A stretch of DNA of 64,000 nt from Balanoglossus misakiensis (taxonomy: Eukaryota; Animalia; Hemichordata), in assembly GCA_040954595.2 (NCBI GenBank), contig CM082581.2, positions 8,020,059 through 8,084,058 of the forward strand, in the 5' to 3' direction. Positions 12,945 through 27,500 of this stretch are shown here, piece after piece (positions within the stretch are counted from its first letter, which is position 1; each line of letters opens with the position of its first letter). The notes beneath the pieces are model-generated. The model was given only the letters and a program-made list of their open reading frames with translations, ran no database searches and had not been told where the DNA came from. The position numbers and the translations under genes are program-made.

Positions 12945-13510
12945 CCAGAACAACGATGGCGAACACCCAGAGTACCAAGCAGTCAGAGAAGCGTCATAAA
13001 GATGATGAGCGTTCACACACGCAGAAGCAGCGTCAGAGGCGAAAACCGCGAGTGTTGTTTTCTCAGGCCCAGGTGTTTGAACTTGAGCGCCGCTTCAAGC
13101 AGCAGCGCTACCTTTCCGCCCCGGAGAGGGAGCACCTGGCCAACATGCTGAAGCTGACGTCGACCCAGGTGAAAATCTGGTTCCAGAACCGCCGCTACAA
13201 GTGCAAGCGCCAGCGCCAGGACAAGACGCTGGAGCTGGCCACTCAGCCGGCGCCGCGGCGTGTGGCCGTGCCCGTGCTGGTGCGGGACGGCAAGCCGTGC
13301 CTGGGCAGCCCGCCGCCGTACGGCTACAACAACAACTACAACAGCGCCTGCACTTACTCGAACTATAATTGCAGCAACGTGAACATGAACCCGTACACCA
13401 CCCCGTACACGTACAGCAACACGTCGTACAACCTTCCCAGCGTCAACGTACAGCCAACAACCTACACGATGCAACCGCAGCCTGTTCCCCAGGGGGTGCG
13501 AGCTTGGTGA
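12945..13510 (+). CDS. NK4: NK4 coding exon 2: homeodomain (13037-13216), NK2-specific domain, Tyr-rich region, C-terminal GVRAW; spliced protein about 333 aa
   Basis: Homeodomain [60 protein letters not shown] with Tyr54; NK2-[18 protein letters not shown]; GIRAW-like terminus typical of Nkx2-3/2-5/2-6; TGA at 13508-13510. Confidence 0.97.
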
Positions 13511-16500
13511 CGCTGCGCCCGAGGGACCACCGAGAACTTTTCTAGCGCAGCTATCATTTAATGTACATGTGCATTTTATTGTGTAAAAAAAGTCCAAGGC
13601 CGTTTGAGAGGACCTGATCATCAACAGATGCGGAGCCACGCAAATAGTTTTAATATGTGGAGGGAAAAAAACACAAGGTAGTGTTTGGACGCGGCGTCTC
13701 CTCTTTTCTCTCGCCGGCTGTATTGACTTTCCCCACCGACCAGAACTCTACCTCGCCGTTGAGCCGCACAGATGGAGAGCTCCCAACTCACAACCGAATG
13801 CTTGTAAAGATAAGTGAAATTTTCCAAACAAAAGGGGAGAGAGATCTCCCCCCATTCAGCACAAGCAAGGCCGTTTATTTGTGGTTTGTGTTCTAACAGC
13901 ACTCAACAGATAGCCTTGACTAACAAACACTCAGTCAGTGTGTATTCTGTGACGGAAGAAAGTCAACTGGCTTGTATGACGACTACAAAACACTTGTTGA
14001 AAGAAACGGATAGACTGGCTTAGGCTAGGTTGACACAATATTTCCTACAGTTTTCTTTTGATTCGAGAGAGAGAGAAAAATCACATAGCACAAGTAGTTA
14101 TTGACCTTCTCAGCGTTTTTTGCCGAATAATTTAGTCAAATGGAAAAAAACATTATATAAGATCGTTGCATTTCATGTTAATATTCCTTATTACCGAAGA
14201 GATTTTTGTATCTCTTCCCGAGAAGAGTAGTATCTAGATTATTTTTTGACAAGATGTACAGTAACGTTCAGAAATAATAGTATTTCAAAGTTTTTTTTAT
14301 CTAGAAAACAACTTTCAGTCGTAAATGGCTAATAGATTTTATGTAGTCTACCATGTCTTATTTTATTTTTTATTTATCTGGGATTTTATATGAACTCCGA
14401 TATTTCATTTTGAGCATGGGAAGAGACTCCCGTTTGTTAAATTCTGACTTTGGTTCGTTTTGAAAATGGCCGGCGATATTCAGATTCACTAACGGTCTTT
14501 AAAATGAATTTCAAACCGTTACACTTTCACCATTGGAAATCTCAAGTCCGAACTAAAGTACGATTTAGCGTTTATTTTTCCTTTTCGCGCCAATACTCTA
14601 ACTAACCACTGGACGAAATCCCGGGACGACCCAAAGGCAGAAACAAGATCTGAATATCATGTGATTTGAAGCTGGGATAAAATTGAAATTTGTTTTTATT
14701 TATGAATTTTAGGCGATGTTTCACGATCATGCAGATTAAAATCATGTCACGATTCAAAACCGATCGGTCCAAGTGCTGTTACTGTCTCTCTTTTTTTCGA
14801 TTGATCGACTCTCTGGTTTCGGCTTCGTTCCACAATTGGAAATGTTGTTTTTCTCGTTACACGAATACACCATTTTACCCGGAGAGATGTAAGCAAGACT
14901 CGAAATTATAGTAAAAGTGTGTTTAACCGTTTAAATTACATCGATGTCGATGCTCGAATCCCACAGCTTGCGAAACATCAGTGAGCATTTTTTCTCTCCC
15001 GATCGATGTAATTTATTTTATCTTATTAACCCCCAAAGATATTCTAAAATCACAAACAAGTATTCCGTTACATTCCCGTGTGTTTGCGATGCTATTTTTA
15101 CAAGCTTATGAGCTTAGCAGGGTATTTTACTGTACTTGCTTACCCTGAACAGAAAACGTTATAAAATTGATCCGGCTTAAACTTTATATATTAAACATTG
15201 GCTACAGCGAGGGGACTGAAACGCGTGGCCATTGAATGCGGTTAATTGGAAACAATTAGTGACCCGGTATTATAATTGGCATGGCTTATTTAATTAAAAG
15301 GAAATTGTTGATAGCGGGAACTCGGTTTAGTTCACGGTGGAACCACAAAACAGTAAGAAAATATCAAATTTAGAACACAATAGAGTGATTTTCCAGTTTG
15401 GATCAAAGAAATAAACATAATTTTATCAACCGTGTAATTGCAGGTTCCGCGCGTTCTGTAAACTGATGTCAGTTTCATTATAATTAGGATGTCGATTTTT
15501 TTCTCCTGAAACCCAGTCAACGGGACAAAGACTCAAAAGGGGTGAAAAGTGCCCGCAGTTCATGAAATATGTTGTAATTACACACTATAGGAGCACAGAG
15601 GGGGATTATGTCGGACCTTTGCACGGGGGTTGATATTGTGTTTTGATACCGGGGTGAGACTGAGAAGAAAAGATGTGGAACGATAGAAGAAAAAAATCGA
15701 TGTAGTATGTGAGTGGAAAAGATGGGTATATGGACACGATAAGCAGTGTATATTCTGACCGCTCTTCCCGCTATTATCAAGCAATAAAACTCAGGAAATG
15801 GGACTCGAGCGACACGAACAAAAATATGAGAGGAGCATTAGGCAAGCCTCATTCAGCAGTCACAAAGGGTAACAAAAGCGCGCATTTTCATGGACATTAC
15901 GGGCTTATTGAGCGATATGTCGGGGAGAGCAGAGCTAGCAAACAAAATCAAATTGCTACAATTAACCCCCGTCTCGCGTAAGCACCGTCAAAAGACGATA
16001 ATTAGGGCCCTTTTTCTCGGTAAATAAGATTCGACGGTGGACGGTATAAAGGGCGGTGTGCGCCGGGGCCATTGTGCTACAAGTAATTACGCCTCTGCCG
16101 AACGATGCAATATCGCGGCCTCGCCGGAATAAAATACTCCTAATTTTGTCCCAGCGTCCGTATTTGGGTGTACACGCGTCTTGCAGCCCCCCTCTAATAA
16201 AACTCGTTGTAATTAGCCGTGTTAGGAAGCGCACGGGTGTTAGTTAGGGCCGAGTGAACACTCCCTACTGCCAAAGTTCATCTTGCTAAACACGGCGCGT
16301 TTCCATCCGTGTGTATTTACACAGATTAATACGAAAACGTTCAATATATGTCACGGTCTATTAGCCCTGTATGAAGTACCGGTACGTGATGTAAAATGTT
16401 TTGAGTTAACTTCGACTAAAATTCAAATCAAATCTGTATATAGTCCACACTGTCTATCGCACAGAATACCACTGTTGATTCTATTTTACTTTTATCGATT

Positions 16501-19500
16501 AAATGGTCGCTTTGTAGGGTCAAACCGTTTAAGATTTTATGTGTCCTCCAAAGTAAGGTTTTTCACATCAGAAAATTCTGTACAATTGACAGTGTTGGGC
16601 AGTGCAATGTTAAAGGAGAAAATTTGGGACCGCAACTTGCACACAACGGCCCTTGGTGATCGCTATTCTTACACCCGGCAGGTTGTCACCACCATTATTA
16701 CGGCGGGTTTTTCTCAGAATCCTTGACAACCGACACTCTTTTGATTCGTTTCATGATTCCCATGGTCTCGAAATCTGACGTAGCTTTCCCAGACCATTGG
16801 CGTGTTTCTATATACAAGTACATGTATTTGAGTGGCAATTTTGGGGCTTTTGCTTCCTCTGTTGGTTCGCTAGTACTAGTATTCGTCACTTGTCACGTCA
16901 TATGTGTGTCCTCTTTCAGCTCAAATTGACTGTCAATTACGTTCTATCGTTTAAACCAACAGAAGACGTACACTATTAGTTTTGACTGCCAATATAATTT
17001 TGCAAGAAACTCGACGATCACGATCGTGATAATCAGTGTTTCGCATCATGCAGTTTATTGATTCCAAAACTTGTGATTTTGGTTACTGTGGTTAGCTTTT
17101 CAACAAGGACCAGTCCTGCACTCGCCTTGCTTCGCATATATGCGGGCTTCGAATGCCTGGGCACAGAGGCGGGGAGATAGCCTGAGCATGGTGGGTGTTC
17201 TGATAAAATCAACTTTTTATATACATAACTCGTTAACACAACAAGTACGCTGGCGATGGCTATCTGGAAGAAATCGCAGATCGGAGGCAGGCCTCACGGT
17301 TGAACTTAGACAACAGCGACCCATTCATGTCTTAGTTCAGAATGATATTCCAAATCCCCCTCGCGTGTTTATTGGTGTTGAGCGCACATCGCCGAAGCTG
17401 CACAACGTCATGTAACATTACAGGAAACGAAAATGGTGGTGGACGTAATTGCCAAAGCATGCAGAGGCCATCATCTTCTTGGCGTCCTGGTCTTGACCCA
17501 GGCTCAGAAAACGCGATAATTTTTTAGACGTTGGCAAATGTTTTTAATCTACTGAAAAAAATAATCATATATATTTCTTAAGTTTCGGTAAAAACTGCCT
17601 TGCTTGAGCATGTTTTTCATGTTAATTATTGGCCCGTTATTCTCCCAACTGATACATGTACATGTAGATCTAGCGAAGGCTACTTGGGTTTGTATGTTAG
17701 GGATTTTGTGTTGTCTGATCCAGTAGAAGAACTGCACTTCTCATATTTTACGCTAATTAAGCTTTAAGTCTTGGACTCCACTTGGGTGTCTTTTATGATC
17801 GCAATGAATGCGCAAAACAACACGAGACAACATAGAAAAGTCACAGAAATTAATAGAAAACCCTCACATAGTATAGCCAGCTAGGACTTACATGTAGTGA
17901 GTTATAGAAAAAAAAAACTATTAAAGTTACAACTCGTTCGGGATTTTGATTTCTAAATACCTAATTTTTACATAATACAAATAGAAATATTCAGGACGTA
18001 ATATAACTCGAATACTTGTGCCATATTTTGAAATATGAGAGTGCATGACTCGAATCGGCTTGACGAAAACACAAACTAGAAAGCGGCCCGGCACAAAGTG
18101 GCGAGGCGCATGTGTAGTAGAGTCTCTGGCCATTCGATGATCGAGCTGTTAAGACTCCTTAATTTTGATGGCAGGAGGGAACGAGTTCTGTAACTATTTT
18201 TTTTCATAATTGCACCGGACAGGATGACCCGAATTCAAACGGAGGCGTTGGATCACTTCGCTGTTATTGGAAAATTGCAGAAATTGACTTTTTCCTGCGT
18301 GACAAGCGGATGCTGTCGAGTGCGCGGCTCGAGCACTTTCTGCATTTATTATCGACGCCGAGTCGGCTGTCAACCGTCGTGACTGATGGTCCTGTTGCTC
18401 ATTTCCGCGAAATCGACATGAAATCATACAATTTTGCGCGGGCCCCAAATTTAATATTCCATTTCTGGCATTAGGCCATTGACGGCGGGCATGTTCGCCG
18501 GATCACCGACTGCCAGGCTGTGTGGACCTTTGATCCCCGCGACGAGAGAGAACTCCTTTCTGGAGGAGTTACCGGGGAAATTGAGTTTTCAGCGCTACAC
18601 GGACTTCCACTTTTCAACACGGTACTTTACTCACCGGAGGAAGCCTCGGAAACGAGGCGACAGTGCTCTCTGTGAAAAGCGGTAAATAGCCAATTTGGTT
18701 TTCATCAACTCGGAACGCCGGCCGAGTTCTCTTTCACAGCAATTAGTGGGCTGGGATAGACACACGTATAGCTATAGCAACTGAAGGTTAGTTACCAGCG
18801 GCAGTAACTCACGCATGCAGGACCACGCTCCAATCAGGACCCCACAATCCGGACACAGTGGACAGAGATGTTTGTATCATTAAAATGATTCGAATCACGT
18901 GGTAAATAAGTCACATTTGAATGAAGGCGACCTATATTCCCTACTGCTAACAACAGTGCCAGAAAGGAAGGTGAAGTCGCAATGAATAGTCTCGCCCGAC
19001 TCGGGATTTGAATAAACGTATCCCACCGGAGTCAATATTCCAATATGAACTGAAATGCCCGCCGCATGCGACTGACACCAAACGTGGCACCAAACCAAAA
19101 TTGCACTGTATACGTAGTAAGTGACAATAATTGCCAGCGGGTAAGATAATCCACGAAAGACCACTTCAGAATTCAATCATGGGTATCGTTGATATATAAA
19201 TTAAAATACATATTGTGCAGGACTTTTTAAAACGGAAACACCAAACTTGACCTCTTGTTTACTACCGCTGATCGGTTACAGTCGCACTGGGGTGTGTATT
19301 TCGGTAACCCGACTCTTGGCACCTGGGAGGGGGACGACCGTCTGCAGATCATGGCGGTTGTCTTTGTGCATCATAGAACTGGCTGGTCACTGTGACACGT
19401 GACCGGTAACCACGGCGACGCTAGATACTAGTTCTCCACACTTAATCTTAGGACACAACCACAGACAAGTGGCGTAGAAATATAAGCGTCCCCCAATATT

Positions 19501-22039
19501 AGTGTAACGGCATGGATCGGCTTATTTGTCGATTGTATTAGCGTCCAGCCGAGTGTGTTGATAAAGCAGTACGTGACACTCAGCGATGTAACAACAATTA
19601 GAGTGTCCATCAAAAAAGACAATTGAAAGGCACATGCAACTATGTACCATGCAGGGAAAGTTATTAAAACACAGAAAGTACTTGCAAACCATTGAAGACA
19701 CTGCAGACTTCGCTGTAATAACCTTATCCATTGTTTTGCCTAAATCAAAATCACGTCTCCATCGTTACAGTATATCGACATTAAAATATTATATTACTTT
19801 GATAAATATACGGTAACAACACGGTTAAGCTAAACCTCGAGTGTCTTCGTTTCCCTTCGGTCACATTCGGCTCCAGAACTCGATTCGACGAGTTTCAGCT
19901 GAGAGCGCCCCTAAACTCAAGCACCAGAGGTCATTTCTCTGACCTTAGGACATATGATATCTCACTCATTGCAACTGTCAGAACGAAATTGTGCAAAGGT
20001 ACATCTCCAACTTACGCGCGAGACTTTTTCTCTCCATGATGCTTGAAATGTGCATGTCATTACTGCTCTGTCGCTGACGAGGAATATCTATTAAGGCTGC
20101 ATTAGCCTGAACATATTGTCGGGGTTGGGACTGCGGAGAGGTCCACAGGCCACGTTTGTGTGGCGGGAATAGCAACGCCAGCGCACAATATCTCAATCGC
20201 CTTCCCACAAAAATGCTATCTTGAGTGATATGCTGTGAGAGTTTCAACTCGAGTTTCCTTATCTTTACTGCTCCTTTTCCATCGTGGCCATTCCCTGGGA
20301 ATTTTATTTTGAAGGGAAAGACGGGAAGACTGCTGATGACCTGAAGGTACGAGCCGAGGAAAACCACTGCCGCTGACAGATGTATATTGAACCCCGGGAA
20401 GACGGCCCGGAACGTGCACGGCCACGGGGCCGCGTTGTCTCCCATGCCGCGGCCACCCCGCGAGTTTTGGGAGATAGATCCACCGGTGCACTTATCGCTC
20501 ACACACAAATCGCCCAAGCCTCCCCAAGTAGCAAGCAATTAGCCACAACTTAGCCTAATTGCTAACTAAATAAACTTAGCCCGCTCTGTTCCCTCCCCCT
20601 TCTCGGCGGAGTGTGTACATTTCCTATACACACTCCTGCAGATTACATTGTAAATTAATGGGGGTTGAAATCAATTACACCCGTGGCGTGGGTTCTTCAC
20701 TCGGTGAGATGAACAAGACGTCGCTTTGTTAGTCCAGTTTGCGCGACTTTAATCCTCAGACACCTCCAACATATAGATGACTGCTACTTCTCCCCCACTT
20801 GTGGCAGAAATCGCTGCAGTTACACTGTTTAAGGAGCTGCGCATCGCGCGCCATTGAAGTTAAGCGGCAGCGCGACTTGAATTAATTACAGACCTTCCTT
20901 CCACACCACTTGGGTTTGCCGGATCACGTCTGGCGTGTCCCTGCATGTGTCGTCTGCCCGATATCGACTCGCGAGCACCGAGTCAACATCTCCGGGGAGA
21001 AGACAGATCTGCCCAGGCGACAATTGCCATTGGGACGTTTTCATTATCACTCTAATTCCGAAGAGGATTAGGTGGGAGTCACTCAGGTACTGGTGGTGGC
21101 TTTGGCCTACACGGTGTACGTATGAAATGGCTGCAATAATTTTGATAACTAAATGAGACTTGTGGGGAAACTGTTTATGACATGTCTGCAGTAAGAAATG
21201 ACCACTAAATGAGTACTGCGACTTTTCGCTTTTCAGAGTCCTCTACAACTTGAAATCACATGGCCGGACTTCGTTCAAGTTTCCTTTCGCGGTGTTGCTT
21301 GCCACAGTTTGTTTCGAAGCAGGTCGTTACGTACACTGTTTGGGTGCTATTAATTGCTTTAATGGGCTCGCAGCATCACTCGATACACCCAAAGAATGTT
21401 GAGACAATTTGACACGGACGCTCTCCCAGAAGTCGGAGTCTCCATGTTACCTTTTCACAGGCCGCCCCCGTTATCTGCCCACATCATCGCGTCTCGTTGC
21501 ACTGGCAGCGACTCTGTCTACTCCCCTTTGTTGCCCTGTCTCCTCAGTTTGGCATGACTATTAACCACTTTGCCCTTTTGTCTGCAGGGGCAGCCTTGCG
21601 TGAAGACTACGTTCATGCTAAACACTGTCAGTGTTTTGGTCTCTCTGTGGCTCAAGTCTGCATGGCTGCCTGTCTCTTACGATTCAGGATCAAACCAAAG
21701 TGTGTCCCACATCTCTCCCCATCCCTCCCTCCCTTCCTCCAGCCCCTTTCTCTCAGTACCCATAATCATTGTTTGTATACGTGAACACCTAAAATTAAAT
21801 TCTAAGTTCGTCCCTCATAGACAATAAGCCTCTGTGAAATTCTTGTTTGAACTTTATCGCACTTTATCTGTTTGTACTAGACTTGTGCCTGTCTGTCTGT
21901 GTTTATTCGCCTCTTTATTCCGTGTGACTGACAACGTCTACTCGCCCTAGCAGATAATTCAATTAATTCGCCGCTTAGCTCAGCTCTCTCTGGGTGTTGG
22001 AATTTATACCCACTCTCTGTGTAGTGGGCGCTTGTTTTG

Positions 22040-22130
<91 letters not shown>
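22040..22130. repeat. (GAT)n microsatellite
   Basis: About 30 perfect GAT units. Confidence 0.97.
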
Positions 22131-22131
<1 letters not shown>

Positions 22132-24329
22132 ACTACATAGTAATTAATGATCATGATCATGTATAGATGATATATAAGATAACAATAACATTGAAAGAAA
22201 AATTGCACAAGAACTAAAATAACAAAACACCAGCCTTATTACCTGTAATACAACATACTTGTATGCTACGTACACAATACAAAATTGTGATATCTGGGAA
22301 GTATTTTGCACTGACCCTATGACCAATATTAGCGCGATATCATAAAGAGCGCCCGCTGGATTGGTTCACTGGTACATAGGCCCCAAATGAGATTCTTATA
22401 GGCTGGCGCACACTGACGGAGAGACGGGCTTTGGGGACAGAGTTAATTTTAAACAAATCAATTACAATATACGTGATTTATGCAAACCGAGCCTGAATTT
22501 TTCAACTCATGATTAAAACTGCTTTCAATTTCTAAGAGTAATATTGAAAATCTTACACAATGGTAAGTGCAATGACTCCAGTTTCCATGGCGTCCTACTC
22601 TGTTCAATGTACAAAGGCATCTGTTCTTGCTAACACTGGTTACTATGGTTACGTTGTGTGTAAAGCGATAACAGGAAATCCTCGGGAAAATAAACCAATG
22701 GGCGGTGTTTGTCCCCAGCGAAAATATGTCCAGAGATATTGTTCTGTGTTTAATGTCCAGCCTTCGGTCAATAACCCAAACTAAAAGAGACGGACATTGT
22801 GACGAGATGTTGGCATTTTTGAAGTTTGGAATTTTTTTATTTCAGACACATAATAGGAATAACAAACTAAGTATAATCCTGAATTTTTCCCAAAAGCTTA
22901 TATAAGGTATTCTGTTGCATGTGTAAAAGCAACAACCCTCGACAACACGGCGGTGATCTCTTGAAAACTCGCCTTTGATGGCATGACTGATTCGTTATAA
23001 TCTTTACGTTTCATAACTGCATTTTCATATTGTTTTTGTCAAAATGGCCAATATTGGAAACCGTCTCTTAAACTTATTCTGTTGTCGGAGTTATCACAAT
23101 ATAAAATATCTGAAGTAAATGAATTCATCAACCGGATTGCAATAAATATATCAATTCGTACGCCCATCAACATAATAATCGCGGGAATATTATGTTTTCC
23201 CGAGCAAGAATTATTATTGAGTTCTTTTCTATTGTTAGATTATGATATGCCTATCCCGTGTTGGGGGCCATCAAACGTTGACAAATTAAAAGGCCTTTAA
23301 AATGTGAGTGCACTGAATGGGGACTGTAATAATACCATTTTCCGCGATTGGAACGGTTTTGTTTTCGCTAAGCGCTTTGATTCTTCGCTTTCAATATGGC
23401 GGGAAATGCAATAAAATGACGGTGAAATTTCCCCTACTGATCGACGTAAGTGGAGAGGCTACCATTGTTAAGGAGCGGTTTCCTTAAAAATAACTCATAT
23501 TATGCCTCGACTTTGCACTATTAAGGCCAATCGCGACCGCTTCTCTCTGCCACTCACTCCTTTATGCCGGCCCAAGATCGTCCTTCTTTGGAAATTAAAC
23601 CATTTCCTGTGTTTTGCGGTGGAGAGAAGATTGGCTTTCTATTGATTTTCCTGAAAGAATGAAATTGCCCACAATTTCGACAGGAAAAAACGATTTTGGA
23701 AAATTTTCGAGCAATTTGCCGCACTCTTTCAGTTAAGTGCTGTTTTGGCAGATTCGCGGCCTGAATATACAGAAAGCAGAAGAGAAAAAAAACAATTTCT
23801 GAATTTTGACCAAAAGAAGAACCGGACAATCAAACCCCCCTTCTCTGTCTGGGATCCCATTGTGCATTTCAGGGTTGCATGCGATGTTGGTTTCAGTAAA
23901 TAGTTTTGGCGACACATTGGCGATGACGTTTTTTTTTTGGAGGTTTCCATGTCTAGCGTCTCGATGGCACACTCGGCCCCTTTTTTCCTGACTTCTCGAG
24001 GGCCGCGTTACGGTCCGCACACTGTAACAAAACGACAACTTCAGGAAACAATTGTCTCGCCTATTCACGGCAACTCGACCGTCAACGCGGATTTGAAATA
24101 TACTTTATCGGGTATCTTGTTCAAATTGTGGAGAGTGAGGAGAGTGTATTGTGACCGTTCTTGACTCCCAATATATCCGTTGCTGCCCGCATAGTCTTTT
24201 ACAGAGGCGAGGTCGTAATGCCGGAAACGACACCCAAGCACTTGGATAGATTAAGTGTTCGTGAATTCCTTACATTTCCAATAAGAAAAATAGCTGACAC
24301 GGTGCCTCCCACCATAAAAAACATACATT

Positions 24330-24578
24330 GTATGTACATGTATGTATGTATGTATGTATGTATGTATGTATGTATGTATGTATGTATGTATGTATGTATG
24401 TATGTATGTATGTATGTATGTATGTATGTATGTATGTATGTATGTATGTATGTATGTATGTATGTATGTATGTATGTATGTATGTATGTATGTATGTATG
24501 TATGAATGTATGTATGTATGTATGCGTGTATGTATGTATGTATGTATGCATGTATGCATGTATGCATGTATGTATGTA
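24330..24578. repeat. (TATG)n microsatellite
   Basis: About 60 units, degenerate at the 3' end. Confidence 0.97.
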
Positions 24579-27500
24579 TTAATACATGTATATATTGATA
24601 AAAAATATTATATATTAATCATATGCGAAATTCCTTTAATGCAAGAATAGACCGCTGTCTTATGGACATTTCGATGCTACGAACCGGTGTGTCTGCAGGC
24701 GAAAGAATCTTCTATTCGCCAGAATTCGTACAGAATTCCCCCACCCCCTGTGTCCCTAGTTACCCCCTCGAAGTCTAAATGGCGTCGACCCTGTCGAGTA
24801 ACGGGGGTCAGAGGTTAAATACACTGATAGGGTTCACCGCGAGTTTGGTTTCCATTAGTGGTGTTGCAACCATTGAAAGGAGCGATAATTATGAACCAAA
24901 TTGCTGAAGAGCGGCACTGCGAGCAATAGGCCGGCTACTGTTACCCTCCGCGCCTATCATTTGAAGCATATTTGGTCTCTATGGCTACCATTATACCAGC
25001 CCTTGCGACTACTGTATCAGTGCTCGAGCTTAACACTGGCGTGGCGGACCAGACATTGACAGTTTGAACATCTCCAAAACTGCGCCGAAACTGTCCACAT
25101 TCACCGGTATCTCTTGCCAAACGGAGAAAATGTCTTTCATAAGCGCACATGCCTCGATCCAGTATCATTCTGCAGTTTCCGATTTGAACACATGTCCTGC
25201 AGGGTGCAACTATCTCTACCGCTGTCTCCATCTGTATCTCCAGATTGCCGCCTGACTGTCTATCTGCCAGGCTTTCACATGGTAGCCATGAACGTCAGCC
25301 TTCAAGCAGTATACACGTACTATTGTACTTTTAAACACTTGGAAATACCCTTGCTATACGTTGCAGTTTAGCTAACCGTGGGTTACACTGATGAAGTCTA
25401 ATAATTCTCTCAGAGCCAAAACAAAAACAAAAACAAAAAAACAGTAAGTTACCACAGCGCGTGTAATCGATGTATCCACAGTCGTGTGGTGCTTTTAATG
25501 GAGAGGGTGGCAAACGTTACTTTTTTTTAGAAATTGTTTCTGTCACCCGTTATCCTGAAAAACATTTCACGGTAATTGTTTTTACGGTATATCTGTTACC
25601 CCTTTTGGGTGTTAGGTGACTTTTCCACTTTAAACTGTTTGTCTGTTTTCCTTGCTGTACTGTTAGCCTGGCAGTCACTAGAATTCTTTTTTGGTTTGGC
25701 AAATCCCTTCATTCTTAAGAAAGTTGTACGAACTTTGATATTTGGTAACACGGTTGCAAAGGGAGATGTTTACTTACAGGGTTTGGCAGCGTATCTCGCT
25801 GCAGCTCCGACGCCACCCTGTCGTATGACGTCACCCAGTTTTGCGCCATCGCCGGCGGTGCACGTGTGGCCCCGGTGGTGTTGTCTTATTTACGCCAAAG
25901 ATTTACAATTTATTAATCTTATCGCGTTATGATTAACTTGTTAATTATACGACTCTGCATGATGGAATGCAATAAAAGCGAAATGTTTGGTTTTTAATTT
26001 ACTGCTTCCGCGATTAATTTTGGACGGGAGCGAAACGTTCAACGAGACGCCGCATTGCCTTAGTGATAAAAAACACGCACATGCAAACGCGTCTTCCGGC
26101 AGGGGCCGTAGATAATATATAAAAACGAATGGAATTTATTTCACGTGATCCTTTTGAAGAGGGCGCACTCGGTGACATCTCAGCTGAATAACATTTTCCG
26201 GATTTCTGATCTTGTGTCACGAACAAAGATGCAAACGCCTGCACTTTCAGCGGAAGACAAAAGCAAACACGGTCGTTTGGCACAAGCAATGAACTTGACA
26301 CACGCTATAGCCACCGTGTATATTTTCCCATCCGATTCGATCATTTCCAAAGTACCGTGCGACATGCTGCGCGGATTTATCGCCATTAATATCTCATATC
26401 TGGAAATATTTATTTTGCACACGTAGCATACTCATGCGCGCGAAGACGCACGTATAAATTAATTGAATCCTAACAGCGTTTTATGAGGCAAAATGCCTTG
26501 TTGTCGATCCCCACGGCGCATGTCAACTGACGTGTGCAGCAACCGATACGTGAGAGATGGAAGTATGAGTTTTTGAACAGTGATCAGTTATGTCAAGGTG
26601 TCACATAATTTCTTGTAGGGTTGTACCTCACGAACGAGGATTATCGTTAAATCTCAACATTTGTTGGTTGCGCGGAGATTACCAAATATTAAAATTGACC
26701 ACTGCAGAAAGCAATCACAGTCTACAACCTCTGAACACTTTTGAATGAATTTGCGACATCGTGCAAGAATTTTCCCTTCACTTTTGCATCGAACGAGAAT
26801 GTTAATCCGTATGTTCAATTTTCAGCCAAAAATAGTGTCTGTCGTCGCACGTGTCGGCTTTTAGTGCCTAATTGAAATGGGTTTTGGCGCGAAAATTTCT
26901 GCCTAAAAGTGTTGCCACTAAAAATTGTGAGGGTTATTGTCAGATTGCATTGTAGCATGAAGTGCTGCAATAAAGGCGTTGGCAATTTGCTCCCCCTTTC
27001 AGCTCCCTGTGCTTTGGGACAATTAATTATTTCATTAGTATTATTAGCGAACAAAGAGAATATTTGCAGAATTCAGTAATATCTCTCGTCTTGGGACACG
27101 CCAATTTTTCCCCAAAGAATCCGGACCAAAAGCGGATGAAGCTACCGTAATCATATTAGAAGGTAGTGCTGGCACTAAAAGCCCTGAAACAATGCGAATA
27201 TCAATTATCGGCAATTGCGCCAAAATCCACTCTCGCGAGAGAAGATTGCTCTCTCTCAAGATAATTTTCTCCCAGCAGACTTATCATCGTAACTGCTGCA
27301 TCGTTCTGCAGGAGCTCGACCCGCCGAATGGCAGACCACTAAATTAAAAAATCGCCACAACGTTGTCTCTTTGACATCTAACTATACTCACTGGATGTTT
27401 TTTGTAAACCGTTAGGCGGTATTAATACCCTGTTTGCAGATACCAAGAACTGGGGGAATAGACGATCGGAGGCTGCTGAACACGTTCAAAGCAAAACCTC

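Noticed and set aside
13013-13639. 208-aa antisense ORF over NK4 exon 2, and the alternate-frame/antisense ORFs over NK3
   Set aside because: Shadow ORFs caused by GC-rich codon usage of the real exons; no domain features
24161-24650. MYVC/HTYI repeat ORFs (also YLSI ORFs at 40806-41163)
   Set aside because: Translations of tetranucleotide microsatellites
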